Positions 40,318-52,901 of a stretch of 64,000 bases of DNA are shown one piece after another. The notes beneath the pieces are model-generated. The model had not been told where the DNA came from, made no database searches, and saw nothing but the letters and a program-made list of their open reading frames with translations. Both the position numbers and the translations under genes were made by a program. The stretch is from Octopus sinensis (Eukaryota), in contig NC_043008.1 in NCBI RefSeq assembly GCF_006345805.1, forward strand, positions 49,786,001 to 49,850,000, given 5' to 3'. Within the stretch, counting starts at the first letter, position 1. Each line of letters opens with the position of its first letter.

Positions 40318-41624
40318 CCCAGCCTGGTCGCAATTTAATGACTGAAAAAAAAAAAAGATAAAAAGATAACAAAGTTGGTTGGGGAGGGTTTCGGATTGTT
40401 CTGTCTCCCTATTGTCCCAACTTCTTATCACTGTTTTCCTAACTTGGGGGGACATTTTTCATTTTTCTTTTCTTCAAATGAATTTCTTTGAAATGATTCC
40501 CAACAAAATTTTATCTAAAGATATTCACTTTTTCAGAAATCTATGGAAACAAAGTCAAATATAGTGTGAGTCACCAATCTGAAGTTGATCTAAAGATTCT
40601 GTGGATTTTCGTAGTTAATCAAAGTTTTCTTAGGTCACTTTATATTAAATACTTGAGACTCTATGATAAGAATGTATTTATATGTGTAAAACTACAATAT
40701 GTATATATTTCTGCTGTTGTCACATACCCTGGAGTTACTGGAAGGGTATCAAAGAGGGCCTCTTTGATTTGCTGTTGAGATTAACTACAGTGGGGTCTTT
40801 TCCTCTCCCAAGGCACTCAAAAAGCAATGAGGGTTTGTACTTGGAATTTCTTCCATAACATGCTGATTAACCCATTACTGGGACCCTAACAGGTGCTACT
40901 ACTCTGGGTCAGAGTAGACAATAATGACCAAGAGGGGGTTCCTCCTCAAAAACCTGGATCTCCCAAACCAGGGCCCCACTACCAGATGCACTTTAAAGTC
41001 ATACTCAAGTCATATCACATTGCTAATTAAATACCAGGGGTGTATATTCCAGGTGTGCTAGCTATGCACTGGACACCCATCGGAAAGGACAAATTCATTA
41101 TAAATGTTAATCTTACTCATTAATTTAATCAGAAATCTTAATAGAAAGTTTTTGTTGTACTCCTGCTTGAAATTTCGTGGCATTGGGTGTGGCAGCACAC
41201 TCAATGCATAGAACCACCACACACCACTGTTAAATATACAGCTTAAGTTTCAAGTAATTGTTTTTTTTTTAAGTAATTAAAAACTTTGAAGGGATTTAGT
41301 AAAATAACTTTCTTTTAATTTATTGTTGCATTTAATTGGTCTTTCAAAAGTAATTTAGAAACTACATAAAGCCTGAATTGCAAGTTGACCTCACTAGTGC
41401 TGGTGCCATGTAGAAAAGGACCCTGTACATTCTGTAAACTGGTTAACATCAGTGAGGGGTCTCAGATGTAAAAACTGTAACAAATTAGACTTTAGAGTTG
41501 AACATAGTCCTCAGGCTTGTTGGAGCCAGTTAAACTATCCAACCCTTGCCAGCAAGGAATACATACGTTACATGATGATGATGTGTTTCTGTCTGTGTAC
41601 CATTGTAGCTGTTGAGGAACCAAA

Positions 41625-41748
41625 ATGGAATCGGTTGGCTTGGAGATGGATGATATCTTTGGATCTACTGAGGAGCAAGGAGCTGAAAATGAGGACATAG
41701 GAGCTTTACAGAATAATGAGGAGGAAGAGGCTGCTGATGCAGAAGATG
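41625..41748 (+). CDS. TIPIN: TIPIN coding exon 1 (exon starts 41609)
   Basis: MESVGLEMDDIFG...EEEEAADAED acidic N-terminus; donor gtaatt, phase 1. Confidence 0.85.
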
Positions 41749-42490
41749 GTAATTAGAGATTCTTATAATTATTCTTAATGCTTGTTTTCTCATATTATCA
41801 TTAAACAATGAATGTGCTAATAGATGTACACACACATACACAATCTATATCTGTCTATCTATATCTATCTATATATATATATATATGTATATATATTAGG
41901 AGCACTCTGTCAGTTACGACGACGAGGGTCCCAGCTGATATGATCAACGGAACAGCTTGCTCATGAAATTAATGTGCATGTGGCTGAGCACTCCACAGAC
42001 ACATGTCCCCTTAATGTAGTTCTCAGGGAGATTCAGCGTGACACAGAATGTGATAAGGCCGGCCCTTTGAAATACAGGTACCGCTCATTTTTGCCTGCTA
42101 AGTGGACTGGAGCAACGTGAAATAAAGTGTCTTGCTCAAGGACTCAACGTGTCACCGAGAATCGAACTCACGACCTTACAATCGTGAGCTGAATGCCCTA
42201 ACCACTAAGGCATAAATAATGGGTCTTATACATATATTATTTGTGCATTGTAATCTTACAGCATAAACAAAAGCCAACTTCATATTTAAGCCATTATTTT
42301 TTCTGTAAAAACCTTTTCTGACATTAAATGAGTCAGCTGCTGGTACAAATGTTTATGTTGTATACATCTTTTTGCAACAAAAACAATTTCAAAAAAATTC
42401 TGGAAATGGATCTACTCATGTCATTTATGCACCCTCTAAAGTTTATTTTTATTTTTGCGGAAAAAATTGCGTGAGTTACATGGGTTTCTA

Positions 42491-43454
42491 CAGTATATAT
42501 TTAACAGAAAACCATAATAATATTATAACATTTATTGACATAATGAATTATTTAGCCACATGAGTTCCAAGGAAGAAACAGTCCATTTGTGGGACATCCA
42601 AGACTATGGCTGCTAGAGATTTAAGGAATATTGGCTGCAAGTTACGTGGGAAACCTGGACAAACAAGCAAAGCCATTTTCACCACCTCGGGACTTCCTGA
42701 TGTACCGAAAACCACCAGAAATCATATCCTTGGGCTTCCATGCAAGAACCCTTGAAACTGCCTCTTCACAGGGGTTTGAGGCTTTAATGGGCCCAAAAGC
42801 ACATGGCATTAAACATGAGTTGTGTTCTGTTCACTGACGAAACCAGAGTGATCCTTGATGGCTCTGACGTTTGGGCAAATGGTTGGTAGATGAGCATCAC
42901 TAACATTTACGACATCAACAACAGGGTGGAGGGGTCATGTTGTGGGCTGGTATCATTAGGGACAAATATATTGGCCCAGTCAGGTTGCCTGAAGAGGTCA
43001 AAGTAACCACAGCCGCCTACTGCATTCTCCTGGATTCCTGGCTAGATGACATACTGCTGTCACTTCTAAGGAATCTCATATTCATGCATAACAGCGCTCT
43101 CTCCAACTCGGTTCGGATCACCCAAGCATTCCTAGGGTCTTACGGCATACAAGTGAAAGGTTGATGGTGTTGCCGCTAGCATATCCAGATCTCAACCCTA
43201 TCAAAAATCTTTGGTCTATCATTAAACAAGATGTTTATGCTGATGGACATCAATTTACGTTGGAAGATGTCTTATGGGCGACCATCAAAGCTACATTAGA
43301 GGCAGTCCAACCTGCTACTATTTAGAAATTAACTGATTCCATGACTAATAGGGTTCTTGAAGTTATCCGTCGAAATGGCGCTCATGTGGCTAAATAATTC
43401 ATTATGTCAATAAATGTTATAATATTATTATGGTTTTCTGTTAAATATATACTC
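42491..43454 (+). mobile_element. Tc1-like DNA transposon, internally degenerate, 74-bp TIRs
   Basis: TA|CAGT left end; TIRs 42491-42564 / 43381-43454 are 73/74 identical; VLFTDETR, GGVMLWAGI, PDLNPIKNLWSIIK motifs with stops. Confidence 0.88.
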
Positions 43455-44460
43455 AATTTATGCTTAATATGTATCGTTACCCTTCATTTTCTGGAAAAAT
43501 AAAATATCTAGAATGGCTATTTTCATTCAAAAGCTATTAGCGTGGTTCTGGGTGTAGTTCTATTTACTCAGTCAGTCAGTTGAGTGATTGAAAAATTTGA
43601 ATGACCTTAACATATAGTATCATCTTCAGAGCCTGTGCAGTAAGTGGGCTCGGATTGATAATCCCTTATCAATAACTCTGTGTCTCCCTGTGTTTGTAAA
43701 ATCTTGTATCCCTGCCGTAAGGCTTCATTTCCACACTCGCCAGCTTAATTTAATTCGTCTTTAGTCGAAAGACACCTGTTGTTGTGTCCTGTTATTATTT
43801 TTATTGTATTTATGTAACATTGTCCGTTTTTTTCCATCCTTGTTTTCATATACATTCGCTGTTTTCTTCCAAGGAATCTAATGCTCTTAGCTTAGTTTTT
43901 CCTTGGGGCTGGCCAGATTAATAAAAATATACACATACTCATATTTTTCCTGTATGCCCACCAACCCACCCACTTGGAGAAAAAAAAAATATATGTATAC
44001 ACACGTGCACATATTCGTGTGTGTGTAAACCTATTTGCTGTCATTATTGCCAACCCTGTTATGTTCTCTGGTCAGTTTGCATTTTCATCCCTGATCAAGC
44101 AGACCAAGGATCAGAGATATTCTGACTTTGATCCATCCAATTTTCTTCGACATTTTCTATTGTATCCGATTTTTTAAAGACATTTGAGGAAGATTTAGTT
44201 GTTTTCTTTAGCAGAACCAGTTATCACACAGTGGCTCATTCATAGACCCGTTTTGGTTCTGGTTTTTCAGCTTATTGAGGGTAGGATTGGCAGAGTTACT
44301 TCCCTTCCTCAACAACCGCTTGAATCACTGACGCAGCTGTTTTCTTGGTTTCTTTCTAATACAACATAACAATATATATTACTGGTATATTTATTTCATC
44401 ATCTAAGAAGAAATATAAAACTATTTTATTCCATTGCTGAATTCCAGATTAAGAATTTAA

Positions 44461-44683
44461 CCCTTTCCTTACTGTATTTATTTTGAGATGCTCTGTGTTT
44501 CTTTCATTTAATCTTAAATATAACAAAGAATTTAGTAAAATCACTTAGTTATTATTATTCAGCTAGTATTAGGAACATAAATTGACTAAGGTTTGGTGGA
44601 AGATTTTAATTCGAAACTTATGAAAACAAGATATTTGTACTACAGAGCCACAGGCGGTTTCAGCCGGGTCGGTAATGAAAGGG
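44461..44683. mobile_element. piggyBac-like MITE (223 bp)
   Basis: TTAA on both sides; ccctttccttac / gtaatgaaaggg TIRs. Confidence 0.85.
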
Positions 44684-45882
44684 TTAAAGCAATAACATTT
44701 GATGCAATAGCAGTTTTTAAAGGTGTCTCAAAACCATAAATTTTATGGGAATATGTAATTGATTTAATTAACTCCTAATATTTGATTGATACTTAGTTCT
44801 ATCGAGCAACACATCCTGATGTAATTGCAATTTGTAAGAATGTCCCAGGACCATAAATTCTGTGGAATTGTATAAACAATTTGTCTTGGGTACAGCCTTA
44901 AATTGCATCTCTTGTTTGGGACTTGTAGGGTTTTGAGGGATGTGGAACTACTGCTTAACCCCTGTTGTTTCCTGGTCTACTCTGTTAGGGTGTCAGCTAT
45001 AGGGTTACTAGCATATAACTACCTGAGTCAGAGCACATTGAAATCATGAGATGCTGCTTTGTGGATGTGAACTATTTCATCAAATGAATCTTATTGAATC
45101 ACTGGTGAACATCCATAGATGCTGAACAGATGAACAGACAAGAAATTGTCAACAGCCAGGATCAACCAGTTCAGTTAGCAAACCACTGCTGTCATCTGTG
45201 GTTGTGGTGTTTGCTGGTCAGATATTTCAGCTAATGGGAAAACAATGTTGCTAAAACCTTGTCCAGACATTCATGCTTTATTGCTCATTTGGGACATCTT
45301 GTCACATGGAAGTGTTGCACAGATCTTGGTAAGTTGGCCAATCAGATGATGATGATGATGTTAATTTAATTTGATCTCCAGTATGTGATTAGTTCTTATT
45401 CCAAACAGCACAACCAAACAATAATGATTTTTTCGAGTGTTCCAAGGCCACAAGTTTTGTAGGAAGGTGTAATCAACTTAATCAATTTAATTGGACTTGT
45501 TATTTCACTGCTAACTAATTTATATGAAGCAACATAATCTGATGTGATTAGTCTTTTGTTGTCATGTTTCCAATGAAATACTCTGCTTATATATTTTAAA
45601 TAATTTTGGAAAGAATCAAGAATTTAGAGAGATTTTGTAAACTAATGAAACACAGGTAGGTTGATATCATAGGATCAGAGGTTGTCTCAGGTGGATTGGA
45701 ATCAGAAGTAGAGGCTGTCTCAACATGAATTCGTATCTGATTTCAAGTAGCTTATCATGTTCAGGCTATACTATTAGCATTATACTGTGTTTGAGAATTT
45801 AAAATCGCTTCTTTAACTTTCTAAGACACCGCAACAATTCTGAAGCAAACTTCGTTTGTTTACGTCCATTGTAATTTGAATT

Positions 45883-45929
<47 letters not shown>

Positions 45930-46358
45930 CTTTGTGCCTGTGTTCTCCCACTACTTGACAACCGGTGTAGGTATGTTTATGTCCTCATAACAGCAATTTG
46001 GCAAAAAGAGACTGATAGAACTAGGCTTAAAAAAGAATAAGTCCTGGGGTCAATTTGTTTAGTTAAAACCCTTCAAGGTAGTGCTACAGCATGGCCGCAG
46101 TCAAATGACTGAAACAAGTAAAAGAATAAAAGATACTCTTTTGATTATTCTCCAACATTCCTGGCCGTAGATGAGGACAGATACGAAAATTAAACTGAAG
46201 ATCGCAAGTTTGGCATTTTTTCCACCAACCTCTTCTCTTCTGAGGAATGAACACTGGTGCTTGCACTTTACTCTGCCAGTTCCTGCAATTCTAGCATCCA
46301 ATTCAGCCTCTTATTAAAAAAAGAAAATGTTATTTGTTTGTTTTATATCCATTTTTAG

Positions 46359-46452
46359 AAAATACTTTTAATGCCAACATTAACAAGAAACTTGCAAAAG
46401 GTGCCACGAAGAAAGTCGTTCGAAATCCTCAACCGAAGCTGAACGATGCCAG
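46359..46452 (+). CDS. TIPIN: TIPIN coding exon 2
   Basis: KLAKGATKKVVRNPQPKLNDAR (start of Swi3 domain); phase 1 to 2. Confidence 0.92.
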
Positions 46453-48267
46453 GTGAGTTTAAACCTCGGTTTATTTTTTGTTTTTTTTTTGCAACTTTTC
46501 AAAAATGTTAATTATGGTAATAGATTAATGAATATTTTATATGTATTTTATATTTTATTTGTTTATTTTGTGGGTGTTTCAATAAATGATTTACATAAGT
46601 GCTTCTGAAACTCAGTTTTTTTAAATCCATTATAAGCAGTAGTAGCAATATTAGTTCAAAATATCAGTCTGTGTATCATACTCAAAGCAGACACATCCTT
46701 GGAAGCCTTATCATACATTTACATATCTCTTGATTTTTATTTGTTTCAGTCAAGAGATTGTAGCCATACTGGAGCAGTGTTTTGAAGAGTTTTTGTTGAA
46801 CTAATCAACCCCAGTATTTAAATTTTTTTAAAAGTCTGACTAACACCTTCTCAACAGCCTTTTGCTATGATTCAGTGTTCTTCCTCACACACCCTTATTT
46901 TTAATGTATGTACATGTATTAGGCCAGAATAATGGAGTTCTGAGAACTACTTTGACACTAGTGTCCACTGTCCACAGCATCACTCTACTTTAATCGAATT
47001 CTATAAGCAGAGATGGTATATATTTGGTTTTGTTTATTAACTTATTCTCATTCTGAAGTCTGTTACTATTATTATTGATGTTGTTGTATTTGTGGCTGGC
47101 AGATGGGTTTATTGTAATATTCCATTAAATTTTTTTTTTAAAGTTTATAATTTAATAGGAGACAAGGACTTGTAAACTGTACAGATACATTTTTTGCCCT
47201 TTTTTCCTACCATCACACCACCTCTTTTGTGCCTACTATCCACGTAAAATTTTCCCCTGCCCCTCCTCCAGGGGATGATACCACCCAGTTAGAGAAACAC
47301 TGATCTACAGGAAGTTGTTGTTGCTTTGCCCCCAGGTCAGCCCTGATCCTGCTGACCTGTTATTAAAGGTGTTCCACTTGTAACTGTGAAGAACCCTTTT
47401 TTTTGTTTTTTCCCTTCAGTTTAAGTGAGTCTACATTATGTATGTCTACATGTCAATCTGTCTAACTCTCTATCAATCTGTCCAGCATCATCATCATCAT
47501 CATCGTTTAACATCCGCTTTCCATGCTAGCATGGGTTGGACGATTTTGACCAAGGGCTGGCAAACCTGATGGTTGCACCAGGCTCCAATCTTGATCTGGC
47601 AGAGTTTCTACAGCTGGATGCCTTTCCTAACGCCAACCACTCCAAGAGTGTAGTGGGTGCTTTTACGTGTCACGGGGGCCAGTCAGGTGGTATGGGCAGT
47701 GGTCTCGCTCAAATGGTGTTATTTATGTGCCACCTGCATAGGAGCCAGTCCAGTGGCACTGGCAACGACCTCACTCGAATGTTTTTTTCACATCAATCAA
47801 TCAATCTTTCTGTCAGTCTATCGACTTAGCAATCTGTCTCTCTGTTTATCCATCCATTCATTCATTAATTTGTGTTGAGTTAGTAACTTTACAAAAAGTG
47901 ATGCTGTCAAATATATTGACTGTCAAAACAACAATATATGATGTCATTGACCTAAACAATTAAAAAAAAAACTAATAGAAGGAACCTTTGTGTGGTCACT
48001 CAATCAGCTATAAATAGCCAAATATCTTTGAAGTTACTCTGCCATTTCAAAGATGGAAGGCCATGCTGAATAATGTATTCCTTCATAGCAACATACCACT
48101 GAAAAGGTAGGATGGTCATGAATTGGTTATAGGTCTATTCAATTATGAGTGACTTGATGTTAAAACAATTAGTCTCTGCAGATTTTGGGTTTAATAAACA
48201 ACAACAACAACATCAATCATGTAAACCAGAACATTCTAAAACCAAGTTAAACTTCTTGCTTTTGAAG

Positions 48268-48343
48268 ACTGAGTGGTGAAAGAGGAATTGCAATATTACC
48301 AAAACTCTTTAAGGATGTGACATTCAAAGGAAACGGTCACGAG
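48268..48343 (+). CDS. TIPIN: TIPIN coding exon 3
   Basis: LSGERGIAILPKLFKDVTFKGNGHE matches Swi3 RL.SERG...FKGKGHE. Confidence 0.95.
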
Positions 48344-49019
48344 GTAAATGCAGTGTATTTTTTTTCTGTTTTCACCCCATTTTTTTTTTTACCATTTATT
48401 TTCATTTTCTTCAAGATTCTTGGATTAAATACCTTTTAGTATTTACTCTGGTGCTTTACATCCACTCAGAGTTCTAATCCTGTTTAGATCAGTTTTGCCT
48501 TTTAAACTTCTGGGCTCAATGAAATATTGTAGTGGTTTATATTTAGTTGGATAACTTTTCCTTCTAAATTTCTGGCTGTGTGCCTTTCTGATGTTGGTAA
48601 AATACAATTGGTACACTCTGTAAAGAGGTTGGTGTTAGGAAGAAGGGTGTTTTGTTGTGGAAACTATGCTGAAACTGGAAAATACAATTGTTCTGTGGTC
48701 CTTCAGCATGGGCAGTATTTCAGAAAAAGAGCTGAGCTACACTGTGACACCCATCCAACCCAAACAACTAAGGAAAGCTGGTGTAAACTGATGATGATGA
48801 CGATGATGATGATGATGATATATTTATTTAGTTATGGCTGTGTGGTTAAGATGTTCACTTCCTAACCATGTAGTTTCTGGTTCAATCCCACTGCATGGCA
48901 CCTTTGGCAAGTGCCTGCTATGACAGCCCTGAGTCAATCAAAGCATTATGAGTGGATTTGGTAGACAAACTGAAATAAGTCTCTCCATCTTTTATGTCTC
49001 CTCATCCAGCCTTTCTGCA

Positions 49020-49235
49020 ATAAGAGCATAAGTTCAAAATCTAATGCTTATTTATTCACATTGTTTTGTGTTAATCCTTGCATTATCTTGTAGCTTCTAC
49101 ATTTCAATGGTGTGCCTGAATATTTTTAGAATGACTTTATTGGGCAGATGTAAGAAACTGGATCTAGACAGCTTGATCATAAAACGGGTAAAATATTTGG
49201 GTGGGATATGCTGAGTTTAAATGCTAAAGGGTTAA
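49020..49235. mobile_element. piggyBac-like MITE fragment
   Basis: Ends aatgctaaagggTTAA; inverted relative of the 29300 copy. Confidence 0.6.
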
Positions 49236-49615
49236 AAACTTTTTCCGTTTTTCCTCAGTATCAACCTAATGCTCCCTCTCTATTGTCCTTTCCACTTGTC
49301 TTTGCATTGTCTTTATTCTTGGACTATATATATATATATATATATACATACATATATATATGTATATATATGTATTATTTCTACTCTAGGCACAAGGCCT
49401 TGAAAATTGTGGGGGAAGGAGGTTAGTCAATTACATCGACCCCAGTGCATAACTGGTACTTATTTAATTGTTCCCGAATAGATGAAAGGCTAAGTTGACC
49501 TCATCAGAATTTGAACTCAGGACGTAGTGGCAGACGAAATACCGTCAAGCATTTTGCCCAGCATGCTAACGATTCTGTCAGCTTGCCTTATATATATATA
49601 TATATATATATATAT

Positions 49616-49920
49616 CAGGGGTTCTCAACCAGTTTTTATCTATGGACTCCTTAGATTGCTATTTTATTCTGATGGACCCCCATTGCCATTCAGTGTTTAA
49701 AAACTAGTTTTATAGAAACTTCTTCCAAAATTCCCTTTATGTTTTCTCACACATTAACTTGTGTAGGTTGAACTTTGTAAAACATTGGAGAAAGAGTCTT
49801 GCAATGCATACCAACACATAAATCTAAAGCAAAAATTTTTCAGAGGTCCTTAAAATATTGTTGTGGATCTCCAACTTACTTTTTTGATGTGTGAACCCCC
49901 CAAAATCTTATATGGACCCT
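49616..49920 (+). mobile_element. hAT-like MITE fragment
   Basis: Begins CAGGGGTTCTCAACC right after (AT)n; right TIR not found. Confidence 0.5.
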
Positions 49921-50300
49921 GTTTATGTAAATTTTTATCATTCACTTGAATTACTTGTATTCATTATATTTTCCCCTGAAAGACATAAAAGGCTAAGATG
50001 TCCGTGGTATGACTTGAAATCAGAACCATGAGTTGGACTAGCTAACTAAAGGGTATACAGTACATGAAGAAGCATATGAAGCCTTAGACAGCCAATATTT
50101 TAAACTTTTCAAGGCGGTAAACTGGCAGAAGCATTAGCACATTGGGCAAAATGCTTACGGGTATTTCGTCTGTCTTTACTTTCTGAGTTCAAATTCCACT
50201 GAGGTCGACTTTGCCTTTTATCCTTTCAGGGTCGGTAAATTTCAGGCCTTGTGCCTAGAGTAGAAAAGAATATTTTTAATTTTTCTTTTTTGTTCCCCAG

Positions 50301-50423
50301 GCAAAAGATCTTGACAAAATTCTGAAGATTTTGGAACACTGGGCTCACAGACTTTTTCCACAGATGAAGTTTTCTGATTGTCTTCAGCGTATTGAGAAAA
50401 TTGGGTCTAAAAAAAGTGTTCAG
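50301..50423 (+). CDS. TIPIN: TIPIN coding exon 4
   Basis: AKDLDKILKILEHWAHRLFPQMKFSDCLQRIEKIGSKKSVQ, Swi3 core. Confidence 0.97.
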
Positions 50424-50800
50424 GTTAGTGTTCTTGATTCTAACTCTGTCTTGTTCTAATTTTGGGCTCAATTTTCATTTGTTATGCTGTTCATAATACA
50501 GTATAGGTGTGGCTGTGGTTAAAGAAAAAAATCTGCCATATATAATATATATATATATACATACATATACATATATATATATATATATATATGTGAAATA
50601 GAAAGATGAATAATCTTGTAGTAGATTAATCAAAAGTTTAACCGATACCTTAGTAGCAAAAATCACAGCAGTGAACAGCACGGTTGGAGGTACAACCATC
50701 TGGCGTTGCAACCGTGCGTTGGTGCGGATAATTGAAATTAAAACATTATTGGTGAATTGAAGAAATGGAGCTGAACGCAGATTGAACAGAAATCGTTTTA

Positions 50801-50889
50801 TTTCATTCTACACGTGTTTCGAAAGGCACAAATTACCAAAATCCGATTGAATAATGGGACCATATTGTGTCTTTCTCTTCAGGAAGAAA
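50801..50889 (-). ncRNA. Inverted copy of the PLE hammerhead
   Basis: Reverse complement of 55333-55421. Confidence 0.82.
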
Positions 50890-51493
50890 AAAGGAAATCC
50901 GTTGGAAAAACAAAACAGAACAGAGGCAGAGCAAAAAACAAATCGAACTGTGCTCCTAAGAGCCCATGGCGAAACTGTTTATCAGTGTATGTTGAGAACC
51001 GGTGGCTGAAGATTCAACAGGTCAGGCATCGGTCAATCATGTGGGTGAGGGTGTATATATGTTCTTTGTGACCGAGAATAAAGTTCTGACTATTTAAAGA
51101 ATATTGGATGTTTTATAAGGGGCGAGAAAAAATCTACTTAGAGACGTGTGTGTGTGTATACTGTTCTATATATGTGTGTGTTGGCGTAGGGGTAGAAAAC
51201 ATTTTTTGTGTACGTGTGTGCGTTTGATCGTTCGGCTGTCAGTGGCTACTGCCGTGATAACCGTTGGTGGCAGAAAGAAAAAAAATAAAGAATTATATAT
51301 ATATATTATGTTTTATGTGTGTGTGTGAGTGTTCATCTAAGCCTGCCTTGACAAGGAAACCCCCCGCTGTGAAAAAACAAGCCCCGTTTGTCTTACAGGA
51401 GTAATTTCCCTTGCAGGGTTAATTGTAGATATCTTAAAATCTATTTCAGAATTTGTTACCAAGGGCTATGGGTGCTGGTCTTATTTATAAACG

Positions 51494-52899
51494 CTATTTA
51501 AAGGCCAGATAAGTGTAACGCCGCCATGGGGGCATCGAAAAGCCGACTGTAAGAGCCCGTTTACCATCCGGCCTCTGGCAAACAAAATGGAAGAGTTCGG
51601 AGACACAAAGGTTGCACTGTCTTCTGCCCCTATCAAATGGGAGGGCCACCGACAAAATTGACCATTCCAGCCTATAGCTTAAGTTCGCATCCTTCAGTCG
51701 CCATATTAGCTTACTGAGTCCCGTGGTCTGGCGCTTGTTCACGTCCCGAAAAGTTGCGTAATGGTTGGAGACACGCAAAGACAATCTTGAGGATGATGCC
51801 CCTATATAAGTGAAGGCATCTGAGTCCGTGTAAACCTTGCATTGGTAGACGGCGTTTTTGATCTTGGAGTTCGCCGACGTGAATCTTACTCTGCTAGGAT
51901 TGGTTTCTGAAATTAGAACTGCGTTCCTGTCACTATATTCGTTCCGAGACCTGCAGCCGCTTACTACTCTATTTTCCACTACTAGTCACTATTACTATAG
52001 GAATAACCCCTGATTCTCCACTATCTATCAGAGTGCTGTCATTGCTACTGCCCGTGGTACTGCTATTGCGGGAAATGATGCTGGGGATGCTAAAGGGGCT
52101 CTCTACCCTACTCCCATTGTTACCATCAACCACAACTCCCCTATTTATAACTATACCCCTAGTGGGTACTCCCTGGCTGGAGCTGAGATTATGTGTCACT
52201 GTACTGGCTCTCATATCATTATTACTACTATAATTATTCCTACTGAGCATTAAACCGGGAGCGGAAGAGGCTGTGCCTCCGGAAAAAGGTGATAGGGTCT
52301 TAGTAAGTAGCCTATTATTATGGGAGGCGATTATCTGGGCGAGGTTTTTAGTGTTGGAGAAAGCTATCCTAACTTTATGTGAGTTAACCGTGGAGTAATA
52401 TTTGGAATTTCTGGGGAAGTTATGGCGATGGCTTGTCTAAACATGAGGGGGAGATTAGTTCTAATCTGCTTACCAAAGGGGATTACAAACCATATATGCT
52501 TATTCCTATCAGTGTGATGGGTCGGGACGCCAGCTCTCGCATTTGGGTGGGTGAATCTCGGATGAATAACGGGTCTTGGGTTAGTGTAAGACCTCCCGGA
52601 GTTAGTGTAAGACCTCCTCTGCCCATTCTATTAAAAAACCTAGCTAACCTGCTCTTAGTTTTCTGCACTATTCTGTTCGTGGTGTTGCGTAAAACAGACA
52701 ATCGTCACGATACAGGCCGCCCGCGATCTCCGGGAATTGATCGGACAATTCGTAGAGAATATATATTCCGACCAATCGGATCTGCGCACTATCCGAACTA
52801 CCCATAGGCACATCAAATTCATTGGGAGTATCCTTACGGATCCACAGCTTATTATCAAACTTAATAAACGATTTCCTGGCAACTAAAATGATATCTATC
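51494..52899 (-). pseudogene. Inverted, internally deleted and frameshifted copy of the PLE ORF
   Basis: ORF pieces 52655-52882, 52483-52701, 51969-52250, 51494-51979; 425-nt deletion with 19-nt insertion at 52601-52619. Confidence 0.9.
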
Positions 52900-52901
52900 T
52901 C

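Noticed and set aside
50955-50990. Second hammerhead-like motif (cctaaga-gcc-cat-ggc-GAAAC-tg..cagt), antisense to the PLE ORF; mirror near 55230-55270
   Set aside because: Core is not CTGANGA, the cleavage triplet would be GUG, and stem I is not evident.
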